The notes under the pieces are model-generated. The model ran no database searches and was not told the DNA's origin. It saw nothing but the letters and a program-made list of their open reading frames with translations. A program made the position numbers and the translations under genes. Below are positions 28,301 through 39,590 of a DNA stretch of 64,000 bases, in pieces (position 1 is the first letter of the stretch; each line of letters starts with the position of its first letter). This stretch comes from Eledone cirrhosa (lineage: Eukaryota), in the NCBI GenBank assembly GCA_964016885.1, contig OZ024741.1, positions 93,434,001 to 93,498,000 of the forward strand, in the 5' to 3' direction.

Positions 28301-29129
28301 GATATTTCCTTTTCTTTCCTTTTTCTGAAATTGATGATTTCTTCAACATTTCTGATACAAAGCTAACTGAAACAACCTCTAGTTTTATAATACAAAGTTG
28401 TTTGTTTAAAGTGTTTATATTTTATCATCATCATCATTTTCATCTCCGTTTAAAAAAAAACGATGATGATGATTTATCTAAAATTCTTCCATCATAATTT
28501 TATGTTCGAAACTTTAAGTTATGTTCCAAACACCAGCTTAATTGAGAAAGTTATATTACTAAATCCCTCAAAATTCTTGATTATTTGAAAACCATAGGCA
28601 GTATCTTTCATTTATGTTTGAGCGTGAAAAATAAATATAATAAAATTCTGTCTGTAGTAGTAAAAAAAAAAAAACTCCTGAGAGTTTCTTCTACTACAGA
28701 CGTAGAGAATATATTTATTCATTTTTAATAATTCATTTGTGCAATTTTATTTAAGTATTTATCAAAAGTCACCCACGGTGGCTAGCGTATACTCACAAAT
28801 GTGTATATGGCAGATGACACTATTGTTAGATATATTATATGCAACAGACCGCGAACCTGTTAAGTGTATATGGATGGGGCTAATAAGCACGCGCACATAT
28901 ACACACGATATATATTTGTTATATATGTACATATCGTTTTAGTCTTTTACTAGTCTAGTACATTATACTGTGGTCATGCTGGGGTACCGCATCGATTTAG
29001 CTCATCACCCCACTACCTATTCTTTCGTGCTTTCGTTCTGTAAGCATTGTATTATTATATCTCTTTTTATACAACGTACTTATTATACGTATCTTTTTGT
29101 TATACATAAACACACACGCATATATATAT

Positions 29130-29169
<40 letters not shown>

Positions 29170-29356
29170 CTTTAGGTTTGTTGGTTCACAACTGGATAGA
29201 ATTCCGTATGGTTAATCTTGGTGTAATATTGTGGAGAGTACTCAACGTAGTGCAGTTCACCCGTCTTCGTTTGTGTAGTTGGTGGTGCGAGTACGGAGTT
29301 AATTATCAATAAAATAACAGGAGGCTGGACTCGTGTAAATCCCTGAAAGGTTTATT

Positions 29357-29414
29357 ATACTATGATCATTTCAATGACCGGGTTCCATATGAATCCGGTG
29401 ATTTCATCAGGTAT
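29357..29414 (-). ncRNA. type I hammerhead ribozyme (second family)
   Basis: ATAC-CTGATGA-[AAT C ACCGG...CCGGT C ATT]-GAA-ATGATCAT-A-GTAT: 4-bp stem I, long stem II, palindromic stem III, AUA cleavage triplet. Confidence 0.7.
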
Positions 29415-30832
29415 TCGAAATATAACAAAGGAATGTGTAAAAACCATGGGTCCGAAAAATCAGAGACAAAGAGGACGACTGACCAACTAGCTGTCTCTGA
29501 TTTTTCGGACCCATGGTTTTTACATATTCCCACATATACACACATATATATATACAAACACACATATATATATATATACATACACACACACATATATATA
29601 TACACACATATATATATATTAAGAAATCCATACAATTGCGTGTGTCTGCATTATAGTCATCTCGAAGTTTATACAGGACTATATATACACAAATCTATTC
29701 AGATGAGTGAGTGTACGTAACTGTCAAAAATTAGTTTCACTTTTCAGAGCGGCCGTTTTGACGTATGCCGTATATGTGTACATATACACACATATATATG
29801 TTGTACATGTGTATATACATCTATAAGTTTGTGGATGTGTGTAAAAAAAATCACGTATTCACAATCCAAATTGAAAATAATGACGTACGTAACTGTCAAA
29901 AACTAGTTTCACTTTTGAGACCGGCTGTTTTACGCGTTTCAATTGTCCTAATAACTTATTTTAGTTATTGTCGCACCAACGTGAGGTATATGATTTTTAA
30001 TGCGATGAAATACCAATGATCGTTGGCAAATCACTGATGAGGGACTCATTTTATAACATGTAATCCATGTGCAACCATGCAGTATTCTTCTCCCCATATT
30101 TTTCATATATTTACCTAAACTGCGATTCTATGTTTCTCTCTTTCTCTCTTACTGCTCCCTCGTTCTCTCTGTTTCTCTTACTTTCTTTCGTCCCCTCTGT
30201 CATGTCAGTTAACACCTTCTCTCTACTGACCTCTTCCTCGCACTTCCACTCACTCACTCTCTGTTTCTCCCCTTCTCACTTCCTCCCGTTCGCTACGAAC
30301 CCGATTTTCCTTCTTTCTAACATCGGATTCACTAACGAAAGGTCTATTTCTTACTCGCTCATATATTCACACAGCTTATGCTGACAGAATAACCATGTTG
30401 CTTGTGTTTCTTTCCATCTTTGGTTAGCTTTCCCCTGTGTTGTTTACTTGTCTCACTTACTTTACGCGTTTCAATTGTCCTAATAACTTATTTTAGTTAT
30501 TGTCGCACCAACGTGAGGTATATGTGGGTATGGTGTGGCGTGCGGTGGCGGAGGCGGGGGAGTGCTCGACCGGAAGGGTCTTTTGGCCGGAAGGATGCTC
30601 GACCGGAAAGGCCAGCAGAGGGCCTCTCTCTAGTGGTGACCAGCACACGGTGTGGACGCGAGTTTTGGCAGCTCCCGGTGTTAAGCAGTTGGACGCACGT
30701 GGAAGAGGAGTAACCTGCAGTGGAATTTAGCGGCGCCTGTGAAAAGCGGTAAGTGAAATAGCTTTTTCTAACCACAAGCTATTTCGGCGACTGAACAAAA
30801 AAAAAAACACTTGCCGCAAGACAAATCAGAAG

Positions 30833-31594
30833 ATGGCAACAAGACTACGGATGAACGAAGCTATCAGGGCATTCACCGGGGAAGGCAATGTTGTCGCTTG
30901 GCTGCGGAAGGTTCGGCTGGTCGCAAGCTTGCAGAAGATAGAGGACGTGGCCGGCCTCATGGCATTGTACCTCGAGGGCGACGCGCTGGTACTCTTCCTT
31001 GAGTTGGACGAGCACAGACAAAGAGATGTGCAGAAGATTGAGAGGCGTCTGATGGATGCATTCGCCGAGGGACCGTTGGCAGCTTTTGCTAAGCTGGCGA
31101 GAATCAGGTGGAATGGTGAGCGCGTCGACATTTTCGCAGCGGAAATAAGGCGGTTGGCTATGTTGGCCGGTTACCAGGCGGAATGCGAACGCACGGTGCG
31201 GTTGGCGTTCATCAATGGATTTCCGGACGACATAGCAGTGATACTGCAGCAAGTCCCGGGTTATAAAGAGATGGAAATGCGTTCACTGGTGGAACAAGCC
31301 CGGATCATAGCGGAAGATGCCAAAAAGAGTGTTGCGGTGATAGCAACTACGGAGACTCAGGACACCTGGCAGCGAAATGGTGAAAGGGAGGCAACCTCGG
31401 CACGCGGCCATCCGCGTGCGTTTAGGGGGCGCTGTTTTCGGTGCCAGGGCCCGCACATGGCTCGAGACTGTAGAGAGTCGAAGCCAGAGATAATTTGCTA
31501 CCGGTGTAAGCGACCAGGCCACATCGCTACTAACTGCAACCAGGGAAACGATCCAAGGGGAACTACTGCGCCGGTAGTTGCCCCTTACGAGTAG
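30833..31594 (+). CDS. Gypsy gag
   Basis: 253-aa ORF with two CCHC knuckles (CFRCQGPHMARDC, CYRCKRPGHIATNC). Confidence 0.9.
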   Translation: MATRLRMNEAIRAFTGEGNVVAWLRKVRLVASLQKIEDVAGLMALYLEGDALVLFLELDEHRQRDVQKIERRLMDAFAEGPLAAFAKLARIRWNGERVDIFAAEIRRLAMLAGYQAECERTVRLAFINGFPDDIAVILQQVPGYKEMEMRSLVEQARIIAEDAKKSVAVIATTETQDTWQRNGEREATSARGHPRAFRGRCFRCQGPHMARDCRESKPEIICYRCKRPGHIATNCNQGNDPRGTTAPVVAPYE

Positions 31595-34434
31595 CGGCGC
31601 TGCCCGTGGTGGAAGTCTTCGTGAGGGGGAAGCCACAGCGAGCCCTCGTGGATCCGGGCTGTACGACGACACTGGTGACCGCGGGGGTTGTGCAGAGGTG
31701 GGGAGGGAGGAGCAGCGTAAGGGCAGTCGACGGCAGGAAAATTGAATGCCGAGGTCGCAGCGAGATGGAAATAGCGGTACGGGGAAGGAGGATAAGGCTT
31801 TCCACCATCGTGGTAGACAGTGTGGTGGATGGGATCGGCGTGGTTATGGGCATGGACGCGATTGGCCGTCTAGGGGGCGTCACGGTGAACAATGTCGGTG
31901 TGTCGTTTGGTGCCGCTGCATCGGTATGCGCTGTGAGTGCACGTCATGAGAACCAGAAGGCCCACGAGGAGGAATACCCCGCTTACACTGTACAGGACAA
32001 AGACTTCAAGGCCGTGTTTGATGGGCAGCGATGGGTTGTTGAGTGGTACTGGAAGGGAGAACCACCAACACTGAAGACCAAAGTGGGCTGCTATCAACAC
32101 ACATTGAAGGGAAACGCTAGGAGCGAGTTCGAGCGAGAAGTAGAGAGATGGATCGAAGAGGGCATACTGCTGCCCTGGAAGGAGGAGGTGAAGTGCGGAG
32201 TATTGCCGTTGATGGCGGTGGTGCAACCCACGAAGAGCAAGGTGAGGCCGGTGCTGGACTATCGGGAGCTGAACGAGCACGTGTCATGCTACACGGGTGG
32301 CGAGGTCACGGATGTCTGTGGGGAAACCCTGCGTGAGTGGAGACGCATGACGGGGGGGGGGGGGGGGGGGGGTTCAGCGATCGTGGATCTAAAGTCGGCT
32401 TACTTGCAGCTGCATATAGATGAGAAGCTCTGGCGGTATCAGCTGGTCAGGTATAAGGGCCGGACATATTGCCTGACCTGGCTCGGTTTCGGGCTGAGCT
32501 CCGCACCGAAGATCATGGCGGCGGTCCTCAAGACTGCTCTGGGGAGGGCCGACAAGATAAAGAGGGCTACTAACTCCTATATTGACGACATCCTAGTGGA
32601 CGAGTCGGTGGTGTCGACAGCGGAGGTCACGAGCCATTTGCGGGGGTATGGACTGACTGCGAAGCCATCAGAAGCATTGGAGGGAGGAGCCGCGCTGGGA
32701 CTTAGGCTACGGCGAGACAAGACGGGCGTTTTGGTGTTCCAGAGGGGAAACGAAGTTCCGGAACTGGGCCCAAGTATGAATAGGCAGGAGCTTTTCTCGG
32801 TGTGTGGGAAGCTGGTGGGTCACTACCTGATCGCTGGGTGGCTCCGGACGGCATGCAGCTATGTCAAGAGATGAGCGGGAGGGGTGACTTGGAGTGACAG
32901 AGTGGGAGAGAGGACGGTGTCCATGATGCAGGAGATCGTGGGGAGGGTGAAGGCCGACGACCCAGTGCGGGGACGCTGGTACGTTCCCAAATCACAGAGC
33001 GGGACCGTATGGTGCGATGCCAGCAGCATAGCGCTGGGTGTCACGTTGGAGATAGGAGGTGTTGAGGTCAAGGATGCAGCCTGGCTTAGAAAGAAGGACG
33101 ACTGCACCCACATCAATGTGGCCGAGCTGGACGCGGTGTTGAGAGGGGTGAACCTCGCCCTGCGGTGGGGGCTGCGCACCATCGAGATACGCACCGACTC
33201 GGCTACTGTACTCGGATGGGTAAGATCAGTGCTCACAAGTGAGAAGAGAGTGCGAACGAGAGGCGCGGTGGAGATGCTGATAAAGCGCCGCCTGGGAACG
33301 TTAGGAGAGCTGGCCACCGAGTTCGACCTGAAGCTGAGCGTAGTGTTCGTGCCCTCAGAGAAAAATAGGGCGGACATCTTAACTAGAGTGAAGAAAGCCT
33401 GGATGGAAGCGCCGGAGGAGGCAGAGGATGAGATAGCTGCCGTGTGTCGGCTGACTGAGTTAGACCTGAAGGGGTTACATGACATGCACCACATGGAGGT
33501 GGATAGGAGCTTGTTCCTAGCCAGGAGAATCGACTCGGACGTTAGCAGACACAGTGTTCGGGGAGTGGTTAGAGGCTGCGTCCGATGTCAGTCCATTGAT
33601 CCCGCCCCGGGTGAACACGAAACGGGAAGCCTCCCGGTGGATCGCGACTGGAAGCGATTAGCGGTGGATGTGACGCACTACCGGCAGGGAACGTACCTCT
33701 CGATGGTCGACTGTGGACCAGGTCGAATGGCGATATGGAGGGAGATGAGGACTGAAACGGCCGAGGAAATCGTGCGGATGTTGAGAGAGGTGTTCTTGGA
33801 GCGGGGCCCTGTGGACGAACTGCTGATGGACAACAGCACAGCGTTCCGCTCGGAGGCACTGAGGGAGATGCTTGATGGATGGAAAGTGGACCGTTTCTTC
33901 AGAGCGGCGCACAGGCCGAGCGGGAATGGAATTGTGGAGCGACACCACCGGACGATCAAAGCAATGGTGGAGCGGGGCCATATCTCACCAATGGAGGCAG
34001 TGTTCTGGTACAATATGTCCCCTCGGGTTGGACAGGTCGAGGAATCGGTGCCACACAGAGCAGTATTCAAATACGAGTGGCGGCACCCGTGCACGCCACC
34101 ACAACGGCCAGTGGGGAGAGAGAGTGCATTCGTGCAGGTGGGCGAAGAAGTCTGGGTTAAGCCCCCAGATGTACGTTGCACATCTCAATGGGGAAGGGGA
34201 ACGGTGACGACCGTAAATTCAAAGAACAATGTGTCCGTGGACGGGGTACCACGTCATGTCCTGGATGTAAGAAGAATCACTGTCTCGACGGACTCCGAGG
34301 AAGAGGAAACCCAAGATGAGGTGGAAACCCAGAGCCCTGCCCCAATAATACAAAGATCGCAACGAAGTCGTAGACCACCAACCTGGACAGCAGACTTTCA
34401 TATGCAGAGGGACGAGGGGGAAATTGATCCTTGA
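31549..34434 (+). pseudogene. Gypsy pol (PR-RT-RH-IN), -1 frame to gag, one in-frame TGA at 32872
   Basis: ALVDPGC protease site (Pro in place of T/S), RPVLDYRELN, DLKSAY, YIDD, WCDAS, RTDS, HH..CxxC, integrase D-D-E (VDVT, MDNS, GIVER). Confidence 0.92.
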
Positions 34435-34822
34435 GATCAGGGGGGCGTGTGGGTATGGTGTGGCGTGCGGTGGCCGGAGGCGGGGGAGTGCTCGACCGGA
34501 AGGGTCTTTTGGCCGGAAGGATGCTCGACCGGAAGGGCCAGCAGAGGGCCTCTCTCTAGTGGTGACCAGCACACGGTGTGGACGCGAGTTTTGGGCAGCT
34601 CCCGGTGTTAAGCAGTTGGACGCACGTGGAAGAGGAGTAACCTGCAGTGGACTTTAGCGGCGCCTGTGAAAAGCGGTAAGTGAGATAGCTTTTTCTAACC
34701 ACAGTATATGATTTTTAATGCGATGAAATACCAATGATCGTTGGCAAATCACTGATGAGGGACTCATTTTATAACATGTAATCCATGTGCAACCATGCAG
34801 TATTCTTCTCCCCATATTTTTC

Positions 34823-34855
<33 letters not shown>

Positions 34856-35530
34856 TGAGAGAGAGGGGGGGGGGTGAAGCGACCGAGCTGAAACTTCGAC
34901 TTCACTGCCACTTTTCAGATTTGAAAATATTTACACTCAACACACAATCAGTTAATGTTTAAAATACTGATATTTTAAACACCAATTCTAATGCGGTGTG
35001 TATATGTATGTATATATGTACATATTAGAGGTGTTAAATACTGAAATATATTTTTTACACTGTATCTCACTATTATTATTACTTTTTTAAAAATAGAAAG
35101 TAAGTGAGGGATGACCCCCGTGCCTACGTGCCCCTGTACAAATCTGCCGAAGCAGAAGCGGTACAGAACCACGGGGGGGTGTTGGTAAGTATAGGAGGAG
35201 AATTACTGGTGCTGTAGAAAACTGCAAGAACACCAGACATACTAAGGCAGCCCAAATATTTGAGGAATCAGATACACACTAGACATTGAGAACGACAGAA
35301 GACGTTTCTTGTAAATGTAAAGAATGTAAATGTTTGTGTACGTATTTGTAGATACATACGCACACACACACAATATATATATATATATGCAAAGTTCTAT
35401 TTAAATTGTTGGGATACAACAAGCAAATATTTTTATAACTGATATAAAGCACTCAACAAGTATTTGGAGTAAACATACGATATTAACAAATGGAAACCAT
35501 ATTTATTTCATTATACATATTTCAAGGACA

Positions 35531-35576
<46 letters not shown>

Positions 35577-35977
35577 GCACACACACAGACATATATTCCC
35601 TATGACAAAAATCACCACAGAGTAAAAATAAGGCAGAATTTAATCAGGTAAAATACATTTCATAATAAATAGATTTTGTTCATCTTTTACTATTTCACTT
35701 TTAGTAGAGATTAATTGTTGGGCTATTACTCTGGAGTTTCACTTGTGTGCTGCATGTTCCTCGGACAGTAGTAGACTGGATCCAAGTAACAGGCCACTGG
35801 ATCAACATTAATAAACACGCGCACACACACATATATATATAAATATATATATAACAAAGAGGATGTGGTAAGATACCAGGTGGACCATAACGCACCAGAG
35901 TACTCAATACTTAGGGTAGTTGAGTTTGCATCTAGCTGTCGAAACGGCCGGAGCTCAGCCGTCGGGGTCCTGACTCT

Positions 35978-36072
<95 letters not shown>

Positions 36073-36322
36073 ATATATTTATGGAGATAGACCCCCGTCC
36101 AAACCCATGCAAGCGTGGAACACGGACGTTAAACGTTGATGATGATGATTATAGATATTAAATATTGATTGATAGATGGAATACCCAGCCATTAAGACAC
36201 ACAAAAGTTGGAGTCATAAGGTTACATATTCAATTTAACACTTTTGTTCTTATCTGGGTCAATTAGAAAAATAAAATAAAAGATGACATTTAACAATGTA
36301 AAATAAAAAAAGTAACACTTAC

Positions 36323-36394
36323 CGCCGAGAAATATCTGCTCAGGCCACCACATGTGGATAATATTCGAGAGAACTTTAAAATTCTCAAGGCCAT
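36323..36394 (-). CDS. LDHD: D-lactate dehydrogenase, first coding exon (mitochondrial presequence-like)
   Basis: ATG at 36394 gives MALRILKFSRILSTCGGLSRYFSA (R/S/L-rich, no acidic residues). It ends at a GTAAGT donor in phase 0, compatible with the exon at 11822. Linkage across 24.5 kb is inferred. Confidence 0.75.
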
Positions 36395-36733
36395 ATTTTT
36401 ATTATATAAGGTCCTGTTTCACTAAAATGATAAGGAAGAGACAAATTTCAAATATACTAAATACTATAGCATGAATTTTTATAATTTTTAATCCTATATA
36501 GCAACATTCTTTTAAGGGGTTAAGTGAACCATACCTTAGTTTGTACTATGGTATAAATGTTATATATTTCAACACGCTTAACAGGAGGGACAGTGCATGA
36601 GATGCGCCTGTCATCTAAGAAATCCGAAAAGAAAATAAGAAAAAGTCAAGCCCGAAAACTGTGTAAAGGAGATAAACCTAATGATAACAGCCGTATCATG
36701 TAACACCCACTCCCATGGACTTGCTGTTATTAC

Positions 36734-36800
36734 CTATCGCGTCTCATATTTTGACAAACGCGTTGGCTTTTTGCCATAAATTTGGCAACTGGTGTATGTA
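36734..36800 (-). other. LDHD: possible non-coding first exon of LDHD
   Basis: A polypyrimidine tract plus AG at 36423-36422 lies just upstream of the ATG exon, and a candidate donor AG|GTAATA sits at 36733. The 5' end is a guess. Confidence 0.35.
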
Positions 36801-37085
36801 TGTGTGTGTGTATATATATATATATTTGTGGGAGGAGGGAGGAGGGAGGAGGGGGCACGTGCGCATATATATTAGAAAGACGTTATTTAGACTAATGTAA
36901 TTAACAATTAATTAGAGATTAAAGTAAATACGTAAATGTACTATGGACTACAATGAGATTAAGATAGATATGGTACCAAAAGATTGATTCATTACATCAC
37001 ATGAATATATGAAAAAGAAAAGAAACATCTTAAGATCTCGACCGAATTGGCAGTCGTTAAACCGTTTGTCTTCTGGTGTTGATTC

Positions 37086-37168
<83 letters not shown>

Positions 37169-37253
37169 GAAAAATTGAACAGGGACAGAACAGAGAGGCA
37201 GTACAATAAATGTTTATTAAATTCACGCTCAGGAGAGTGGGGGGTAGGTGGGG

Positions 37254-37290
37254 GACGACGTTTCGGGCATAAGCCCTTCTTCAGGTGAGA
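37254..37290 (-). ncRNA. minimal hammerhead-like motif, stem I mostly lost
   Basis: CAC-CTGAAGA-A-GGGC-TTAT-GCCC-GAAACGTC-GT; only 2 bp of stem I remain. Confidence 0.5.
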
Positions 37291-37392
37291 AGTGTGTGGG
37301 AACAGAGTTCAAAGGGTGTGTAGGGGAGTGGTGGAGAGACATATAGGGAAAGGAAACGGTGCGAATGAAAAATTAACAAATAAAGACAAAAA

Positions 37393-37453
<61 letters not shown>

Positions 37454-37564
37454 TTGTAATAAAATGAAAACGAAATTTCATTTCTCACTCTTAGTCGGCA
37501 CTTACTTAAATGTAAGTATGCATGTATACGTACATACATATATGTATACAGACGTACAGTAGCA

Positions 37565-37612
<48 letters not shown>

Positions 37613-37763
37613 CAGGTACACATACATATATGTACGCATCAGTTTAGCGGACGCTTATTATAGCGCCCGCTTTGTTCGTTTGTAAACAAACTGAACAGCC
37701 TGAATTTATGCCGCACGGTGTTAAGGCAACCACGTCACCTTTTTGTTCAACACTGACACAGGA

Positions 37764-37806
37764 ACGATGTACTAGTTTCAAGCTTGTTAGCTATCATCAG
37801 CACCGT
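37764..37806 (-). ncRNA. minimal type I hammerhead ribozyme (unit A)
   Basis: ACGGTG-CTGATGA-T-AGCT-AACA-AGCT-T-GAAA-CTAG-TA-CATCGT. Confidence 0.8.
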
Positions 37807-37978
37807 ATACCCATCAAGAGTGAGAAATGAAATTTCGTTTTCATTTTATTACAACTCATCGTTTTCGGTGCGCCTGACCGATTTAACTCACTCGATATGC
37901 AAATTAGGCTGCTCAGCCGTTAGTTTTCATAAGGAAAGTATATACTTTCGAACGTTCAACTATCTGGCAGATGGGTAT

Positions 37979-38021
37979 ACGGTGCTGATGATAGCTAACA
38001 AGCTTGAAACTAGTACATCGT
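37979..38021 (+). ncRNA. minimal type I hammerhead ribozyme (unit B)
   Basis: Stem I ACGGTG/CATCGT, core CTGATGA...GAAA, stem II AGCT/AGCT, palindromic stem III ACTAGT; predicted cut after GUA at 38015. Confidence 0.8.
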
Positions 38022-38169
38022 TCCTGTGTCAGTGTTGAACAAAAAGGTGACGCGGTTGCCTTAACACCGTGTGGCATAAATTCAGGCTGTTCAGTTTGTT
38101 TACAAACGAACAAAGCGGGCGCTATAATAAGCGTCCGCTAAACTGATGCGTACATATATGTATGTGTAC

Positions 38170-38226
<57 letters not shown>

Positions 38227-38462
38227 TGCTACTGTACGTCTGTATACATATATGTATGTACGTATACATGCATACTTACATTTAAGTAAGTGCCGTACTA
38301 AGAGTGAGAAATGAAATTTCGTTTTCATTTTATTACAACTCATCGTTTTCGGTGCGTCTGACCGATTTAACTCACTCGATATGCAAATTAGGCTGCTCAG
38401 CCGTTAATTTTCATAAGGAAAGTATATACTTTCGAACGTTCAACTATCTGGCAGATGGGTAT

Positions 38463-38505
38463 ACGGTGCTGATGATAGCTAACAAGCTTGAAACTAGTAC
38501 ATCGT
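38463..38505 (+). ncRNA. minimal type I hammerhead ribozyme (unit C)
   Basis: Identical to the unit B motif, 484 nt downstream. Confidence 0.8.
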
Positions 38506-38658
38506 TCCTGTGTCAGTGTTGAACAAAAAGGTGACGTGGTTGCCTTAACACCGTACGGCATAAATTCAGGCTGTTCAGTTTGTTTACAAACGAACAAAGC
38601 GGGCGCTATAATAAGCGTCCGCTAAACTGATGCGTACATATATGTATGTGTACCTGTA

Positions 38659-38730
<72 letters not shown>

Positions 38731-38966
38731 TGCTACTGTACGTCTGTATACATATATCTATGTACGTATACATGCATACTTACATTTAAGTAAGTGCCGT
38801 ACTAAGAGTGAGAAATGAAATTTCGTTTTCATTTTATTACAACTCATCGTTTTCGGTGCGCCTGACCGATTTAATTCACTCGATATGCAAATTAGGCTGC
38901 TCAGCCGTTAATTTTCATAAGGAAAGTATATACTTTCGAACGTTCAACTATCTGTCAGATGGGTAT

Positions 38967-39009
38967 ACGGTGCTGATGATAGCTAACAAGCTTGAAACTA
39001 GTACATCGT
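38967..39009 (+). ncRNA. minimal type I hammerhead ribozyme (unit D)
   Basis: Identical motif, 504 nt downstream of C. Confidence 0.8.
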
Positions 39010-39242
39010 TCCTGTGTCAGTGTTGAACAAAAAGGTGACGTGGTTGCCTTAACACCGTGCGGCATAAATTCAGGCTGTTCAGTTTGTTTACAAACGAACA
39101 AAGCGGGCGCTATAATAAGCGTCCGCTAAACTGATGCGTACATATATGTATGTGTACCTGTATGTATATATATATATATATATATATATGCATGCTACTG
39201 TACGTCTGTATACATATATGTATGTACGTATACATGCATACT

Positions 39243-39326
<84 letters not shown>

Positions 39327-39547
39327 TATGTATGTATGTATGTATACGTACATACATATATGTATACAGACGTACAGTAGTATGTATATATATACATACA
39401 TTCACACATATATGTATGTACGTATCGGTTTACCGAACATTTATTATAATGCTCGGTTTGTTTGTTTGTAAACAAACAAACAGCCCGAATTACGCCGTAC
39501 AGTGTTTAGGCAACCTCGTCACCTTTTTGTTCAACACTGACACAGGA

Positions 39548-39590
39548 ATGATGTACTAGTTTCAAGCTTATTAGCTATCGTCAGCATCGT
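39548..39590 (-). ncRNA. minimal type I hammerhead ribozyme (diverged unit E)
   Basis: ACGATG-CTGACGA-TAGCTAATAAGCTT-GAAACTAGTA-CATCAT; core conserved. Confidence 0.75.

Larger units (their letters stand above)
30523..34703 (+). mobile_element. young, near-intact Gypsy LTR retrotransposon
   Basis: LTRs 30523-30776 and 34448-34703 (TG...CA; 3 substitutions and 2 one-base indels), TSD GTATA, G-rich PPT before 34448, domain order gag-PR-RT-RH-IN. Confidence 0.97.

Noticed and set aside
29928-30050. Hammerhead pieces (plus-strand CTGATGAG; minus-strand GAAACGCGTA)
   Set aside because: Neither strand gives a complete core with matching stems.
32352-32372. Poly-Gly insertion in RT (also poly-G at 18303-18322)
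   Set aside because: Homopolymer slippage or sequencing error is more plausible than a functional insert.
32872-32874. Programmed stop read-through in Gypsy pol
   Set aside because: Position between RT and RNase H in the context KR*AG fits a CGA>TGA mutation, and I see no read-through signal.
37784-39026. Repeated 72-84 aa ORFs (MRNEISFSF...)
   Set aside because: By-products of the tandem non-coding unit, with non-ATG starts and no recognisable domain.
39088-39559. YIYI/VCVC-rich ORFs here and elsewhere
   Set aside because: Translations of dinucleotide microsatellites.
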